Positions 37,664 to 47,403 of a stretch of 64,000 bases of DNA are shown one piece after another (within the stretch, counting starts at the first letter, position 1; each line of letters starts with the position of its first letter). Below the pieces are notes generated by a model, which was not told the DNA's origin, ran no database searches, and saw only the letters and a program-made list of their open reading frames with translations. Position numbers and translations under genes: made by a program. This DNA comes from Methanobacteriota archaeon (lineage in GTDB: Archaea; Thermoplasmatota; E2; DHVEG-1), in assembly GCA_903877165.1 (NCBI GenBank), contig CAIRCU010000024.1, positions 4,688-68,687 of the forward strand, written 5' to 3'.

Positions 37664-39712
37664 ATGGCCTCCAGACCTATCGTGATCATCGCCATCGCCC
37701 TCCTCCTCATCCTTCCCATCATCCCTCCGCACGCAAGCGCACACGCGCCCACCGCAGTCCTTTACGTCGACGACGATAACACCCAAGGACCCTGGGACGG
37801 CACCCCAGACCATCCCTACCAGCACATCACAGACGCTGTCGCCAACGCCACCGACAACGACACCATCTACATCGAAAACGGCACGTACCACGAACAAATC
37901 ACCCTCACCAAACCCCTCACCATCCAAGGCCAAGAAAAAAACACCACACTCGTCACCGCGGACGGCAAAGGCAGCATCCTGACCATTGGAGCAGACCATG
38001 TCTGCGTCACTGACCTCACCTTCCTCAACTCCGCAGGCAGACCAGACACCGCGGCCGTCGACATCCACGCGGACCACACCATCATCTCCCGCTGCATCAT
38101 CTACCGGCACCGACTCGGCATCGCCATCACCGGCCATACCGACCTCACCGTTACCGACTGCATGATCCACGTCACCCAACAAGGCATCCATATCGTGAAC
38201 AGCAGTCGCATCACCATCACCGACACGTACCTCTACCACAACGCCATCAGCATCCTCCTCAAAGGATCCTCAGCCGCCACCATCAACGCATGTTTCATGC
38301 ATACCAATGGCGTCGGCTGCTACGCCCAACACGACACCGCCCTCACTATCACCCACTGCGCATTCTGCGACAACAACGACAACCAAGGCGGCGTCTTCCT
38401 CCGGAACACTACATCCACAACCATCACCGACTCCTACTTCAAGAACAACGGCGTCGGCGTCGGCATCAAAAGTAGCAACGACACCACTATCGCCCACAGC
38501 ACGTTTATCAAAAACACGCACTTCGCCGTGAAACTCTGGAACGCCACAGCCACCACTCTACAAAATAACAGCTTCGACAGTAACCTCCGCAACGCAGTCT
38601 ACGCGGAATACAGCACCCTCACTTACACCCGCAACCTGCTGCACAACGACACCAATTACGGACTCTACGCAGCACATACCACCGCGAACGCCACCCGCAA
38701 CTGGTGGGGATCAGCGCTCGGGCCAGCCCGCACCAGCTACTCCACACGCGCCGACCGAGGCTCACGAGGACAAGGAACACTGCAGTACTACCCCTGGCTC
38801 TTCACAGCACCAAACGACACCGGCATCACCTGGGACCCCTTAACTCAGTTCACCGCCCCGCAGCACCCGGACACCTGGAAACCCACTCTCACCCTGCCTG
38901 GCAGCGACACGGACGGCGACGGCGCCCCGGACTGGTGGGAGATCAAATGGGGATACGACCCGACCGTCCCCGATGACCATGCCCATCTCGACCCGGACGG
39001 CGACGGCCTCACCAACCTTCAGGAATGCTTCACCGACGCCATGGGCTCAAACCCCTTCCACAAAGACATCTTCCTCGAAATCGACTGGCTCACCTCACTC
39101 ACCCCCAACGTCACCAACCAGCCGCCACAAAAATACCTCGACCAGATGATCGCCCCCTACGCCCAGCACAACATCACCCTTCACGTCGACACCGGGAACT
39201 TCGGCGGCGGCGAGGAGCTCCCTAGCAAAGCGGACCTCACGTACGAGGACATCGGCAACGACTACTGGGATCACTTCCTGAACGACGATCTAAACAACCC
39301 TAGAAAGGGCGTGTTCCACTACGGACTGCTGTGCGACGACAGCGAAGGCGGCGGCTTCGTGGTCATCGGCTGGGACGACCTCGACAGCTTCACCATTGCC
39401 TGCCAGCGGCTCCAGGAGAAATACACGCACTTCGCCAGAGGGCGGCTCTCGGTCGGCGGCTCCATGCACGAGCTAGGGCATCTGGAAGGACTCATCGCTG
39501 CCCGTTTCGGCGGTATCGACAACATGGCCGCAACCCACCTCCAGGAGAAAGGCTTCTGGGAGTACCGCCACTACCACAGCTGTCTGAACTACTGTTACAC
39601 GTATTTCCTGATGAACTACTCCGACGGGTCCCACGGGACCAACGACTTTAACGACTGGGCGCACCTCAACTTCACGTTCTTCAAGGCAACGGAGTTCGCG
39701 CTCCCCTCTTAA
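37664..39712 (+). CDS. Secreted chimeric protein: parallel beta-helix (NosD-like) + Ca-binding D-x-D-G-D repeats + C-terminal HExxH zinc-metallopeptidase-like domain
   Basis: Signal peptide MASRPIVIIAIALLLILPI. 'LYVDDDNTQGPWDGTPDHPYQHITDAVANATDNDTIYIENGTY' and beta-helix coils. 'DTDGDGAPDWWE…DPDGDGLTNLQE'. 'GGSMHELGHLEGL'. More than 25 N-x-S/T sequons. Confidence 0.7.
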   Translation: MASRPIVIIAIALLLILPIIPPHASAHAPTAVLYVDDDNTQGPWDGTPDHPYQHITDAVANATDNDTIYIENGTYHEQITLTKPLTIQGQEKNTTLVTADGKGSILTIGADHVCVTDLTFLNSAGRPDTAAVDIHADHTIISRCIIYRHRLGIAITGHTDLTVTDCMIHVTQQGIHIVNSSRITITDTYLYHNAISILLKGSSAATINACFMHTNGVGCYAQHDTALTITHCAFCDNNDNQGGVFLRNTTSTTITDSYFKNNGVGVGIKSSNDTTIAHSTFIKNTHFAVKLWNATATTLQNNSFDSNLRNAVYAEYSTLTYTRNLLHNDTNYGLYAAHTTANATRNWWGSALGPARTSYSTRADRGSRGQGTLQYYPWLFTAPNDTGITWDPLTQFTAPQHPDTWKPTLTLPGSDTDGDGAPDWWEIKWGYDPTVPDDHAHLDPDGDGLTNLQECFTDAMGSNPFHKDIFLEIDWLTSLTPNVTNQPPQKYLDQMIAPYAQHNITLHVDTGNFGGGEELPSKADLTYEDIGNDYWDHFLNDDLNNPRKGVFHYGLLCDDSEGGGFVVIGWDDLDSFTIACQRLQEKYTHFARGRLSVGGSMHELGHLEGLIAARFGGIDNMAATHLQEKGFWEYRHYHSCLNYCYTYFLMNYSDGSHGTNDFNDWAHLNFTFFKATEFALPS

Positions 39713-40818
39713 TCCTCGCGCCATTTCGTCAACAGGACGCCTGCAACAAAGAAGATCACAGCGAAGACCAAGACGATCGCCGCATTGGTGATCGCAAGGG
39801 ACTGGTTCATGTAGATCATGGAGTTGCGCAACGCCTCGTTCACGTAATACAATGGGAGCACCTGGGCGATCGTTTGCAAAAACGACGGCATCTGTGCTAG
39901 CGGGAAGAACGTACCGGCCAGGAACATCATCGGGAAGCTGATAGCCCCCGCCGCCATATCCGCAGTCTCCTCTTCTTTAACGAACCGGCCGATGATCATG
40001 CCGATGCCGGAGAACAGGAAGCTTGAGGAGACAATCGTCAGGATCATCAACGGCGTGATGTTCACCTTGACGCCCCATACCAGGACGCCGACAGCCAACG
40101 CGATCGTCGTCGTCAGGAACGACAGGAACAGCATGAACGTCATCTTCGCCAGGATCCACTCAGAACGAGTGATAGGCGTCGTGAGCAGCTTGCGCAGAAT
40201 CCCGTCCTTACGGTACTTCGTATTCCGTTCGATGCTGCCGTAGATCGCCTGCTGCATGATTGTGAACCCGATCATCCCCGGGATGAAGAAATCGATGTAG
40301 TTGAACTTCTCCGTAATCGTACTCTGGGTCGACAGTCCGACGATATTACGCCCATTCGACAAGCCCATGTTCATGGTCTGAATGATGTTGGAAATCACGC
40401 TGCGGATAATCTCCGTGGATGAGGTCTCCGTTGGATCGTAATAGAACGTCAAATTCACTTTCGAGTTGGGATCAACGAATGATTGATTGATATGCTGGGC
40501 GTACCCATTCGGGATCACAAGGAAGGCTTTGATGTCATGGTCTTTAATGTACTTCGTCACATTCTCCGATTCGTTGACCATGGTGATCTTCAGCACCCCG
40601 GTCTTGTTCATGATGTCCATGAGTTGCGACGACATCGCGGAATGGTCATGGTCCTGCACGTATACCGAGAAATTAGTGCTGCCGGTGCCGGAGAAAATCG
40701 CACCGAAAATCAAGATCAGCATAATAGGGAATAACAGCGACCAGAACACGGTACCGCGGCTGCGCCACCAGCTCTTGATGCTGAAGAGCACATCCATGCC
40801 GATGATGCGCGGGTTCAT
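39709..40818 (-). CDS. ABC-2 family exporter permease
   Basis: 369 aa. N-terminal TM, extracytoplasmic loop, C-terminal TM bundle. ATGA overlap with the ATPase gene. Confidence 0.8.
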   Translation of the reverse strand: MNPRIIGMDVLFSIKSWWRSRGTVFWSLLFPIMLILIFGAIFSGTGSTNFSVYVQDHDHSAMSSQLMDIMNKTGVLKITMVNESENVTKYIKDHDIKAFLVIPNGYAQHINQSFVDPNSKVNLTFYYDPTETSSTEIIRSVISNIIQTMNMGLSNGRNIVGLSTQSTITEKFNYIDFFIPGMIGFTIMQQAIYGSIERNTKYRKDGILRKLLTTPITRSEWILAKMTFMLFLSFLTTTIALAVGVLVWGVKVNITPLMILTIVSSSFLFSGIGMIIGRFVKEEETADMAAGAISFPMMFLAGTFFPLAQMPSFLQTIAQVLPLYYVNEALRNSMIYMNQSLAITNAAIVLVFAVIFFVAGVLLTKWRED

Positions 40819-41873
40819 GCTTCAGCCTCCTGGAGTTTCGACCCCGTCAGTTCAAGGAAGACTTCCTCGAGGTTCGACCGGCGGATCTCGATGCTTTCGT
40901 AATCGATCGCCTCATGACGCAGTGTGGACAGGACGTCAAGGACACGATCCTTATAGGTGATGGTGACAGCTATGGTGCCGTTCCCCTCGGAGCGCGCGTC
41001 GTATCCCTCATCTTTGAGAATCACCAGTGCTTCTGATGAGGTGCAGCCTTGGATGTGCAGTACGCTGCCGCGCCCGTACGTGGTAATGAGATCATCAAGC
41101 GACCCCTCCGCGATGATGCGTCCTTTGTAGATGATGGCGATGTGGTCGGCGAGGAACTCGGCCTCTTCCATGTAATGCGTCGTGAGGAACACGGTCTTGC
41201 CTTGCTGTCGAAGGTTCGCGACCACCTGCCAGACCTCCCGGCGCGCCTTCGGGTCCAGCCCTGTGGTCGGCTCATCCAGGAACACGATGTCCGGCTCGTT
41301 GACCAAGGACAAGGCGACACCGACCCGCTGCTTCAAACCGCCGGAAAGATTCCGGTACAGCATCTTCTCATACGACTGCAGATTCAGGGCAGTGATGATC
41401 CCATCAATATCCGCTTGCTTCTTGTACAGTTTGGAGAAATACTCGAGGGTCTCCCGGACGGTGAGGCGTTCGAAGGAATGGAACTCCTGCGGCAGGATGC
41501 TGATTTGTTCTTTGATTTTATCGAAGCTGGTCTTCGTATCCTCACCGAGGAGCTTGACGGTGCCCGCGGTCGGCTCACGGATCGACTCGATCATCTCGAC
41601 TGTGGTCGTTTTCCCTGCGCCGTTTGGCCCAAGGAACGCGAAGATCTCCCCTTTCTTGACGTTAAAGGAGATGTCGTTGACGGCGACGAGATTCCCGTAC
41701 ACCTTCTTTAGATGCGAGACCTCAATCGCATAGGACGCGGTGTCCTCAGCTGGGAACACTATCTTGCCTTGGTGCAGGCAGGAGGGACAGGTGACGATGA
41801 CCTGTTCCCCGGCGGACCCGGAGAAGGAAGCGATTTCCCGGCATGAAGGGCATTGAAAACGCTTAGTGACCAT
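40815..41873 (-). CDS. ABC transporter ATP-binding protein with an N-terminal C4 zinc-ribbon extension
   Basis: MVTKRFQCPSCREIASF…VIVTCPSCLHQGKIVFP, then Walker A GPNGAGKTT, LSGGLKQRVGVALSL and Walker B FLDEPTTGLD. Confidence 0.9.
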   Translation of the reverse strand: MVTKRFQCPSCREIASFSGSAGEQVIVTCPSCLHQGKIVFPAEDTASYAIEVSHLKKVYGNLVAVNDISFNVKKGEIFAFLGPNGAGKTTTVEMIESIREPTAGTVKLLGEDTKTSFDKIKEQISILPQEFHSFERLTVRETLEYFSKLYKKQADIDGIITALNLQSYEKMLYRNLSGGLKQRVGVALSLVNEPDIVFLDEPTTGLDPKARREVWQVVANLRQQGKTVFLTTHYMEEAEFLADHIAIIYKGRIIAEGSLDDLITTYGRGSVLHIQGCTSSEALVILKDEGYDARSEGNGTIAVTITYKDRVLDVLSTLRHEAIDYESIEIRRSNLEEVFLELTGSKLQEAEA

Positions 41874-41939
41874 AATCCTCTCTATCCAGACGCGTAATTA
41901 ATTTGATACCCACATAAAAAACAGGTATTTATGTTTTCC

Positions 41940-42617
41940 CTATAGAGTCCTCTTGTCGATGAACGTACCGTCGGTCTTAAAGGTATATAAAAGCGGGACT
42001 CCAGTTGGGATCTCTAGAGAGGGAATCGTCTCATCCGGGATGTTCTCCACGTATTTGACGATGGAACGCAGGCTGTTGCCGTGGGCGACAACCAGCAGGG
42101 TTTTGCCCTTGCGGAGCTCAGGCTCAATGAATGATTGATAGTACGGGATGGTTCGTTCGCAGGTGTCTTTCAGCGATTCTCCACCTGGCGGTCGGACGTC
42201 GTAGCTGCGGCGCCAGAGATGGACCTGCGCCTCGCCGTACTTCTTGCGCGTCTCGTCTTTGTTCAGGCCTTGGAGGTCACCGTAGTAGCGCTCCGCGAGC
42301 TCCACGGACTGGTAAATCGGCAGCTCGGTGTCCATTTTGCCGGAATGGCGCTCCCAGTCGCGGATGCGTGCCTCTTCATGGTGTATGATGAGCGTGCGCG
42401 GATCCGTAAGTTCACCGAGGACATAGTACAGGGTTTGGATCGCGCGAAGCATGTGGGATACGTACCCGGCGTCCAACCGTATTCCCTGGAGTTTTTTGCC
42501 TGCGGAGATCGCCTCTTGGATGCCTTTGGGTGAGAGTGGGACGTCCACCCAGCCGGTGAACCGGTTCTCAAGGTTCCATTGGGATTGTCCATGGCGGATG
42601 AGGATAAGCTGGGACAT
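41940..42617 (-). CDS. gpmA: 2,3-bisphosphoglycerate-dependent phosphoglycerate mutase (histidine-phosphatase family)
   Basis: LILIRHGQSQWNLENRFTGWVDVPLS catalytic His motif. C-terminal 'VAHGNSLR'. Confidence 0.85.
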   Translation of the reverse strand: MSQLILIRHGQSQWNLENRFTGWVDVPLSPKGIQEAISAGKKLQGIRLDAGYVSHMLRAIQTLYYVLGELTDPRTLIIHHEEARIRDWERHSGKMDTELPIYQSVELAERYYGDLQGLNKDETRKKYGEAQVHLWRRSYDVRPPGGESLKDTCERTIPYYQSFIEPELRKGKTLLVVAHGNSLRSIVKYVENIPDETIPSLEIPTGVPLLYTFKTDGTFIDKRTL

Positions 42618-42631
42618 AGGGCTCTCCTTCG

Positions 42632-44140
42632 TTATACGTCATACACGTCATAGTACTTGTTTTTTAAATAATGCACGTACGTCTGAGAATGCAGTCCATG
42701 GCCGCAGGCACGTGTGATGGTCTCGTCGGCGGTGAGCAGCCGGCCGTGTCGGTGGACGTGCTCTCGGAGCCACAGCAGGATTGGTGCGAGGTTCCCCGTA
42801 GCGAGGTCGTCGGTGACGGTCGGGTGGTCTTTGGTGAGCGCCTCGTAGAGTTGGGCGGCGTAGATGCTGCCGATGGCGTAGGTCGGGAAGTAGCCGAAGT
42901 CGCCGCCGCTCCAGTGCATGTCCTGCAGCACACCGTCGCGGTCGGATGTCGGCGTGACTCCTAGCAGCTCCTGCATCGTCTCGTTCCATGCGTTTGGGAG
43001 TTCTTTGACGGTCAGTGTTTGGTCGATGAGGGCGCATTCGAGTTCGAACCGCAGGATGACATGCAGACAGTAGGTGAGTTCATCCGCCTCGATTCTGATT
43101 AGCGAGGGGCGTACTTGGTTGATCGTCTGGTACCATGCTTCGAGGCCGATGTTTTGAAGCTGTGCTGGTGCCGTGGATTGGAAGACCGGGTAGAAGTACT
43201 GCCAGAATGCCTTGTTCCTCGCGATCATGTTTTCCCAGAAGCGGGATTGTGATTCGTGGAGTCCTAGCGAGGGGGCGTCGGAGATGACGGTGTCCCGGTA
43301 TGGGCCTTTGGGCAGTCCGAGTTCGTAGAGGGCATGTCCCGCTTCATGGACGGTGGAGAAGAAGGCGAACAGGGGTCCGTCTCGTTCGTAATTCGTAGTA
43401 ATGCGGACGTCCTCGTCGCCGAGGGTCGTAGTAAACGGGTGGGTTGAGACGTCAAGGCGTGTCTCGTCGGGCGGCAGGGCCATGAGGCGGAGGATCTGTG
43501 TGCTGAGCGCTTTCTGCTGGTCGACGGTGAGGGTCGTTTGGATGGGCTGTTGTGTGGTATATCGTTTGGTGGCGGTGATGGCCTCTAGCATCGAGGTGAG
43601 TTGGGTGCGTAGGGTGTGGAATTCGCGTTTGAGGATGTCGACGGTCATGCCCTCTTCGTAGTCGTCGAGGAGGCTGTTGTAGAGCGGTCCTGGCTGTCTG
43701 ACGTAGTCGCAGTATTCTCGCTCGAGGGCGATGATATGGTCGAGGTGGGGGGCGAATTCTGTGTAGGTGTTTTGGGCGCGTGCGTGTTCCCAGGTTTGGT
43801 ACGCGAGTGCCGTGGCCTTGGAGATTTTTTCGGTGAAGGCCGGGGGTACTTTCCTGGCTTTGTCTATGTCTTTGTGGAGGCGGCTGACGACATGTTGGTC
43901 GTGGTCCGCGAGCGTCTTGAAGGTGGTGTCGCTGGTGAGGGTCTGGATGTGGTGGTAGAAGGTGTCGGAGATGAGGCGTTCGTGGGAGAGGCGGGCGAGG
44001 AGTGCGAGTTGGTCGGATCGTTCCTGGATGCCTTTGGGCGGCATGTAGGTCATCTGGTCCCAGCCGAGGAGGGCGCCGATGCCGCCGAGCAGGGAGAGTT
44101 CTTTTTGTTCGGTGTAGATGTAGGATAGTGACGTGTTCAT
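42632..44140 (-). CDS. Carboxypeptidase Taq (M32) family metallopeptidase
   Basis: HEAGHALYE zinc site. M32 hallmarks HPF, DVRITT, GLHESQSRFWEN, IRIEADELTY and GYFPTYAIGS. Confidence 0.9.
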   Translation of the reverse strand: MNTSLSYIYTEQKELSLLGGIGALLGWDQMTYMPPKGIQERSDQLALLARLSHERLISDTFYHHIQTLTSDTTFKTLADHDQHVVSRLHKDIDKARKVPPAFTEKISKATALAYQTWEHARAQNTYTEFAPHLDHIIALEREYCDYVRQPGPLYNSLLDDYEEGMTVDILKREFHTLRTQLTSMLEAITATKRYTTQQPIQTTLTVDQQKALSTQILRLMALPPDETRLDVSTHPFTTTLGDEDVRITTNYERDGPLFAFFSTVHEAGHALYELGLPKGPYRDTVISDAPSLGLHESQSRFWENMIARNKAFWQYFYPVFQSTAPAQLQNIGLEAWYQTINQVRPSLIRIEADELTYCLHVILRFELECALIDQTLTVKELPNAWNETMQELLGVTPTSDRDGVLQDMHWSGGDFGYFPTYAIGSIYAAQLYEALTKDHPTVTDDLATGNLAPILLWLREHVHRHGRLLTADETITRACGHGLHSQTYVHYLKNKYYDVYDV

Positions 44141-44157
44141 ACGGTCCGGTTCCTCCG

Positions 44158-44925
44158 TTATTTCAGGGTGAGTTCAAGGCCGATGGGGCAGTGGTCTGAG
44201 CCTGTGACAGCGGGCATGATGTACGCGTTCTTAACGTTTGGCAGGAAGGCGGTGTCGACGAAGAAGTAGTCGATGCGCCAGCCGATGTTGCGTTCCCGTG
44301 CCCGGGTGCGTTGGTCCCAGTAGGTGTACTGGTCTGATTTTTTGTTGAATGCGCGGAAGGTGTCGGTGTATCCGTGCTTGATGAAGGTGGAGATCCAGGC
44401 GCGCTCCTCTGGGAGGAACCCGGAGACGGTGGCGTTCGGCTTGGGTCTGGCGAGGTCGATTTCCTCGTGTGCGGTGTTGAAGTCGCCGCCGATGACGACG
44501 TGGCCGTGCTCATTTCGCCAGGCGTCGATGTACCCGAGGAAGGCATCGTAGAACCTCATCTTGTAGGTGAGGCGCTCCTTATTTTTCTTGCCGTTGGGAA
44601 AGTAGATGTTAAACAGGGTGAACCCAGGGTGCTCGGTGATGAGAATGCGGCCTTCCGTGTCGAACTCGTCGATGCCGAAGCCGGTTTGGACGGCGAGCGG
44701 TTCGTGTGTGCAGAGGGTGGCGACGCCGCTGTAGCCTTTGCGTTCCGCTGGGCTTAAGAAGCTGTGGTAGCCGGGGAGGTCCCGCAGTGATGTCGGGAGG
44801 TGCTCTTGGTCGGTCTTGGTTTCTTGCAGGCAGAGGATGTCGGGTGATGTGCGCTGGATCCATGGCCCAAGTCCTTTCTTTTCGGCGGCCCGGATTCCGT
44901 TGATGTTCCAACTCAGGATGTGCAT
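44158..44925 (-). CDS. xth: Exodeoxyribonuclease III / AP endonuclease
   Basis: MHILSWNINGIRA. C-terminal GSDHCPI. Track start 44949 is TTG; ATG at 44925 after GAGGAGG. Confidence 0.9.
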   Translation of the reverse strand: MHILSWNINGIRAAEKKGLGPWIQRTSPDILCLQETKTDQEHLPTSLRDLPGYHSFLSPAERKGYSGVATLCTHEPLAVQTGFGIDEFDTEGRILITEHPGFTLFNIYFPNGKKNKERLTYKMRFYDAFLGYIDAWRNEHGHVVIGGDFNTAHEEIDLARPKPNATVSGFLPEERAWISTFIKHGYTDTFRAFNKKSDQYTYWDQRTRARERNIGWRIDYFFVDTAFLPNVKNAYIMPAVTGSDHCPIGLELTLK

Positions 44926-44977
44926 TGGCTCGATGCCTCCTCGTCGCAATTCTTTTTGGTAAGGCCGTCGCCCCTAT

Positions 44978-46219
44978 TTATTCAGTTCGTTGGAGGAGCG
45001 CCATGTAGAAACCGTCCGTGCCGTCCGCATCCGGCCAGTACCGCTGTTCCCGGATGCACTGGAAGGCCGGGTGCTCTGAAAGGAAATCGGCTGTGAGCTG
45101 TTCTCCTTCGGAGGGCAGGATGCTGCAGACCGCGTAGACGAAGCGGCCTGTGGGTTTGACGAGCGGCGTGTACGTCTCGAGCAGCTGGCGCTGCAGGGTG
45201 CGCAGCCGGTCGAGGGATTCCGGCGTGAGCTTCCATTTGATGTCCGGGTTTCGCTGCAGCGTGCCGAGGCCTGAGCAGGGGGCGTCGATGAGGAGGCGGT
45301 CGATGGTTCCGGTGAGTCGTTTGGTGGCCTTCGCTGAGGAGAGGACCCGCGTTTCGATGGTATCTGCTCCTGCGCGGGTGGCGCGTCTGCGCAGCTCGTG
45401 AAGGTGGGCCGGTGAGGGGTCGAGGGCGATGATGCGGCCGGTGTTCTTCATGAGGGCGGCGAGGTGCAAGGTCTTGCCGCCTTCGCCAGCGCATGCATCC
45501 AAGACGCGCATGCCGGGTTTCGGGTCAAGAAAATGTGAGACCATCTGGGATGCGGTGTCCTGGGTTTCGAAGAAACCTTGGTGGAAGCTTTGGAGGTGGA
45601 AGACGTTGGTGTTGGTGGTGACACGGAGGGCGTCGGGTGCCCAGGTGATCGGGGTGGTAGGGACTCCTTCTGCGTTGAGGGTCGTGATGAGGTGTGCCCG
45701 GGTGGTTTTGAGGGTGTTGGCTCTTAGGATCTGTAGGGCAGGGGTGTTGAGTGCGTGCAGGATGCTATCCCATCGGGGGCCGAGTTCGGCGAGGCAGGCT
45801 ACGTCGAGCCAGTCTGGGATGGATTCTCTGATGGCGCGGGTGCGGTCGACCTCGGTGAGTCGTGGGCGGAGCGGTGAGGGGAGTGTTGGGTCCGTGATGG
45901 TTTTTTTGTAGAGGTGGTAGGTGGTGAGGAGTCGGGTGATGTCGTGGTCGTGGAAGCTTGGTGGTTGGTCTTGTAGGAACCACAACAGCCTCCAGTGGCG
46001 GACAAGGTCGTAGATGGTCGTGGAGAAGGTCGCGCGGTCTGTTTCTATCCATTCGCTATGGGTTTGAAGTGTCGTTGTGATGGCCTTTGAGGCGGGCGTG
46101 TTGTGTAAAAAGATGTCGGAGAGGGTGATGGTGATGGGGCTGGTGGGGGCGGGTGGGTGTGGCGTGTTTGGGTGCTGGCTGGGCTGTGGCATGGGTGGGT
46201 GGCTATCGGGTTTTGTCAT
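44978..46219 (-). CDS. RNA cytosine-C5 methyltransferase, NOL1/NOP2/Sun (RsmB) family, with a Pro-rich N-terminal extension
   Basis: SAM motif VLDACAGEGGKT. Catalytic region LLIDAPCSGLGTLQRNPD. Confidence 0.85.
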   Translation of the reverse strand: MTKPDSHPPMPQPSQHPNTPHPPAPTSPITITLSDIFLHNTPASKAITTTLQTHSEWIETDRATFSTTIYDLVRHWRLLWFLQDQPPSFHDHDITRLLTTYHLYKKTITDPTLPSPLRPRLTEVDRTRAIRESIPDWLDVACLAELGPRWDSILHALNTPALQILRANTLKTTRAHLITTLNAEGVPTTPITWAPDALRVTTNTNVFHLQSFHQGFFETQDTASQMVSHFLDPKPGMRVLDACAGEGGKTLHLAALMKNTGRIIALDPSPAHLHELRRRATRAGADTIETRVLSSAKATKRLTGTIDRLLIDAPCSGLGTLQRNPDIKWKLTPESLDRLRTLQRQLLETYTPLVKPTGRFVYAVCSILPSEGEQLTADFLSEHPAFQCIREQRYWPDADGTDGFYMALLQRTE

Positions 46220-46422
46220 CTAATACTTTCTCCGGGGTTTATGTGCAGAGTCCGTGCTGTTGTTCAGAAGGAGGTGGGTATTGTTGGGACAATGGAAGTG
46301 AATAGTTTCGGTGAACTCCCCTGGAGGTATTTAAGGAGGGGTGGTGATGTCTTGTCTAAGATGACTTAAGTTGCGGAGGACATGCCAGCCGCGTGTGCTG
46401 GCATTTCTGCCACATTTTTTTC

Positions 46423-47079
46423 TTAGAATTCGTCGAGTTTCTTGGTCTTGTATTCTTGGTAGAGGGTTCGTGCGCTCTCCCAGCTGCGGCGGACGTCGGC
46501 GGGGAAGTCACCGTATTTCCGGAGCCACTGTCGGAGGAACTCCATGGTGACAGGGTCGGCTTGGTAGCCGCTGCCCAGCGGGAGCGAAAGTTTCTTTTGG
46601 AGTTCCTGTTCGATGAGTCTGACGTGGTGGTCTCTGGTGACTTTGGCGATGATGGAGGCGGCGCTGACGACGGGGAAGAGGCTGTCACCTTTGTGTTTGG
46701 AGACGATCGTTGGTTTGTAGGTGAGGTTCTTGAGGATGTCTGTGCCGAAGCGCTCTTCGTTGACGTCCGCGGCGTCGACGTAGCAGACGTCGGGGTGGAG
46801 GGTGGCAACGATCTTGCTGAAGGCGTCCGACTCGATTTCGTTGAGGGTCATGACCTTGCGGAGGTCGTCGATGTCCGCGGCCGGGATGACGATGATCTCG
46901 GTGCGTGTGGCGAGCTTGTTGATTTGTACTGCGAGCTGTTCGCGGCGTTTCGGGGTGCATTGTTTGGAGTCGCGTACGCCGATGTCTTTGAGGGGCTCGT
47001 CCGTGGGGATGAGGACGCCGGCGACGACGAGGGGGCCGAGGAGTGGGCCGCGTCCGCTTTCGTCGATGCCGCCGATCAT
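46423..47079 (-). CDS. rnhB: Ribonuclease HII
   Basis: MIGGIDESGRGPLLGPLVVAGV catalytic DE motif. Track start 47139 is TTG; ATG at 47079. Confidence 0.9.
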   Translation of the reverse strand: MIGGIDESGRGPLLGPLVVAGVLIPTDEPLKDIGVRDSKQCTPKRREQLAVQINKLATRTEIIVIPAADIDDLRKVMTLNEIESDAFSKIVATLHPDVCYVDAADVNEERFGTDILKNLTYKPTIVSKHKGDSLFPVVSAASIIAKVTRDHHVRLIEQELQKKLSLPLGSGYQADPVTMEFLRQWLRKYGDFPADVRRSWESARTLYQEYKTKKLDEF

Positions 47080-47175
47080 AGAGTCACGGGGAAGGTAGCT
47101 TGGTGGTGGTAGAAAGAGGTTTGGGGGCGGGGAGGCCAATTTTTTTATGGTACTTCCGTATTAGGGGCGTTGGTT

Positions 47176-47249
47176 GCCGCCGTAGCTTAGCCCGGTTGAG
47201 CGGCTGATTCGTAATCAGCAGGTCAGGGGTCCAAATCCCTTCGGCGGCT
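47176..47249 (+). tRNA. tRNA-Thr (anticodon CGT)
   Basis: 74-nt cloverleaf. Acceptor GCCGCCG/CGGCGGC, anticodon stem GCTGA/TCAGC with loop TTCGTAA, T arm AGGGG-TCCAAAT-CCCTT. No encoded CCA. Confidence 0.85.
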
Positions 47250-47403
47250 TACCAATTTTCTAGCACGGTGAATTATTTAGCGAATCAATTTAACATTTGT
47301 CTTTTCATAAAGACCACTGAAAGAATTACTTGTTGTGTTTCCATAAAGAAAATATAGCTCAAATTGGTTTTCTTCTCTGTGCTATATTGCGGGGTTCAAA
47401 CCA

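Noticed and set aside
46384-46421. Hairpin + T-run as terminator of rnhB
   Set aside because: The orientation is wrong for the minus-strand rnhB, where it reads as an A-run. It was considered only as a plus-strand element (see finding).
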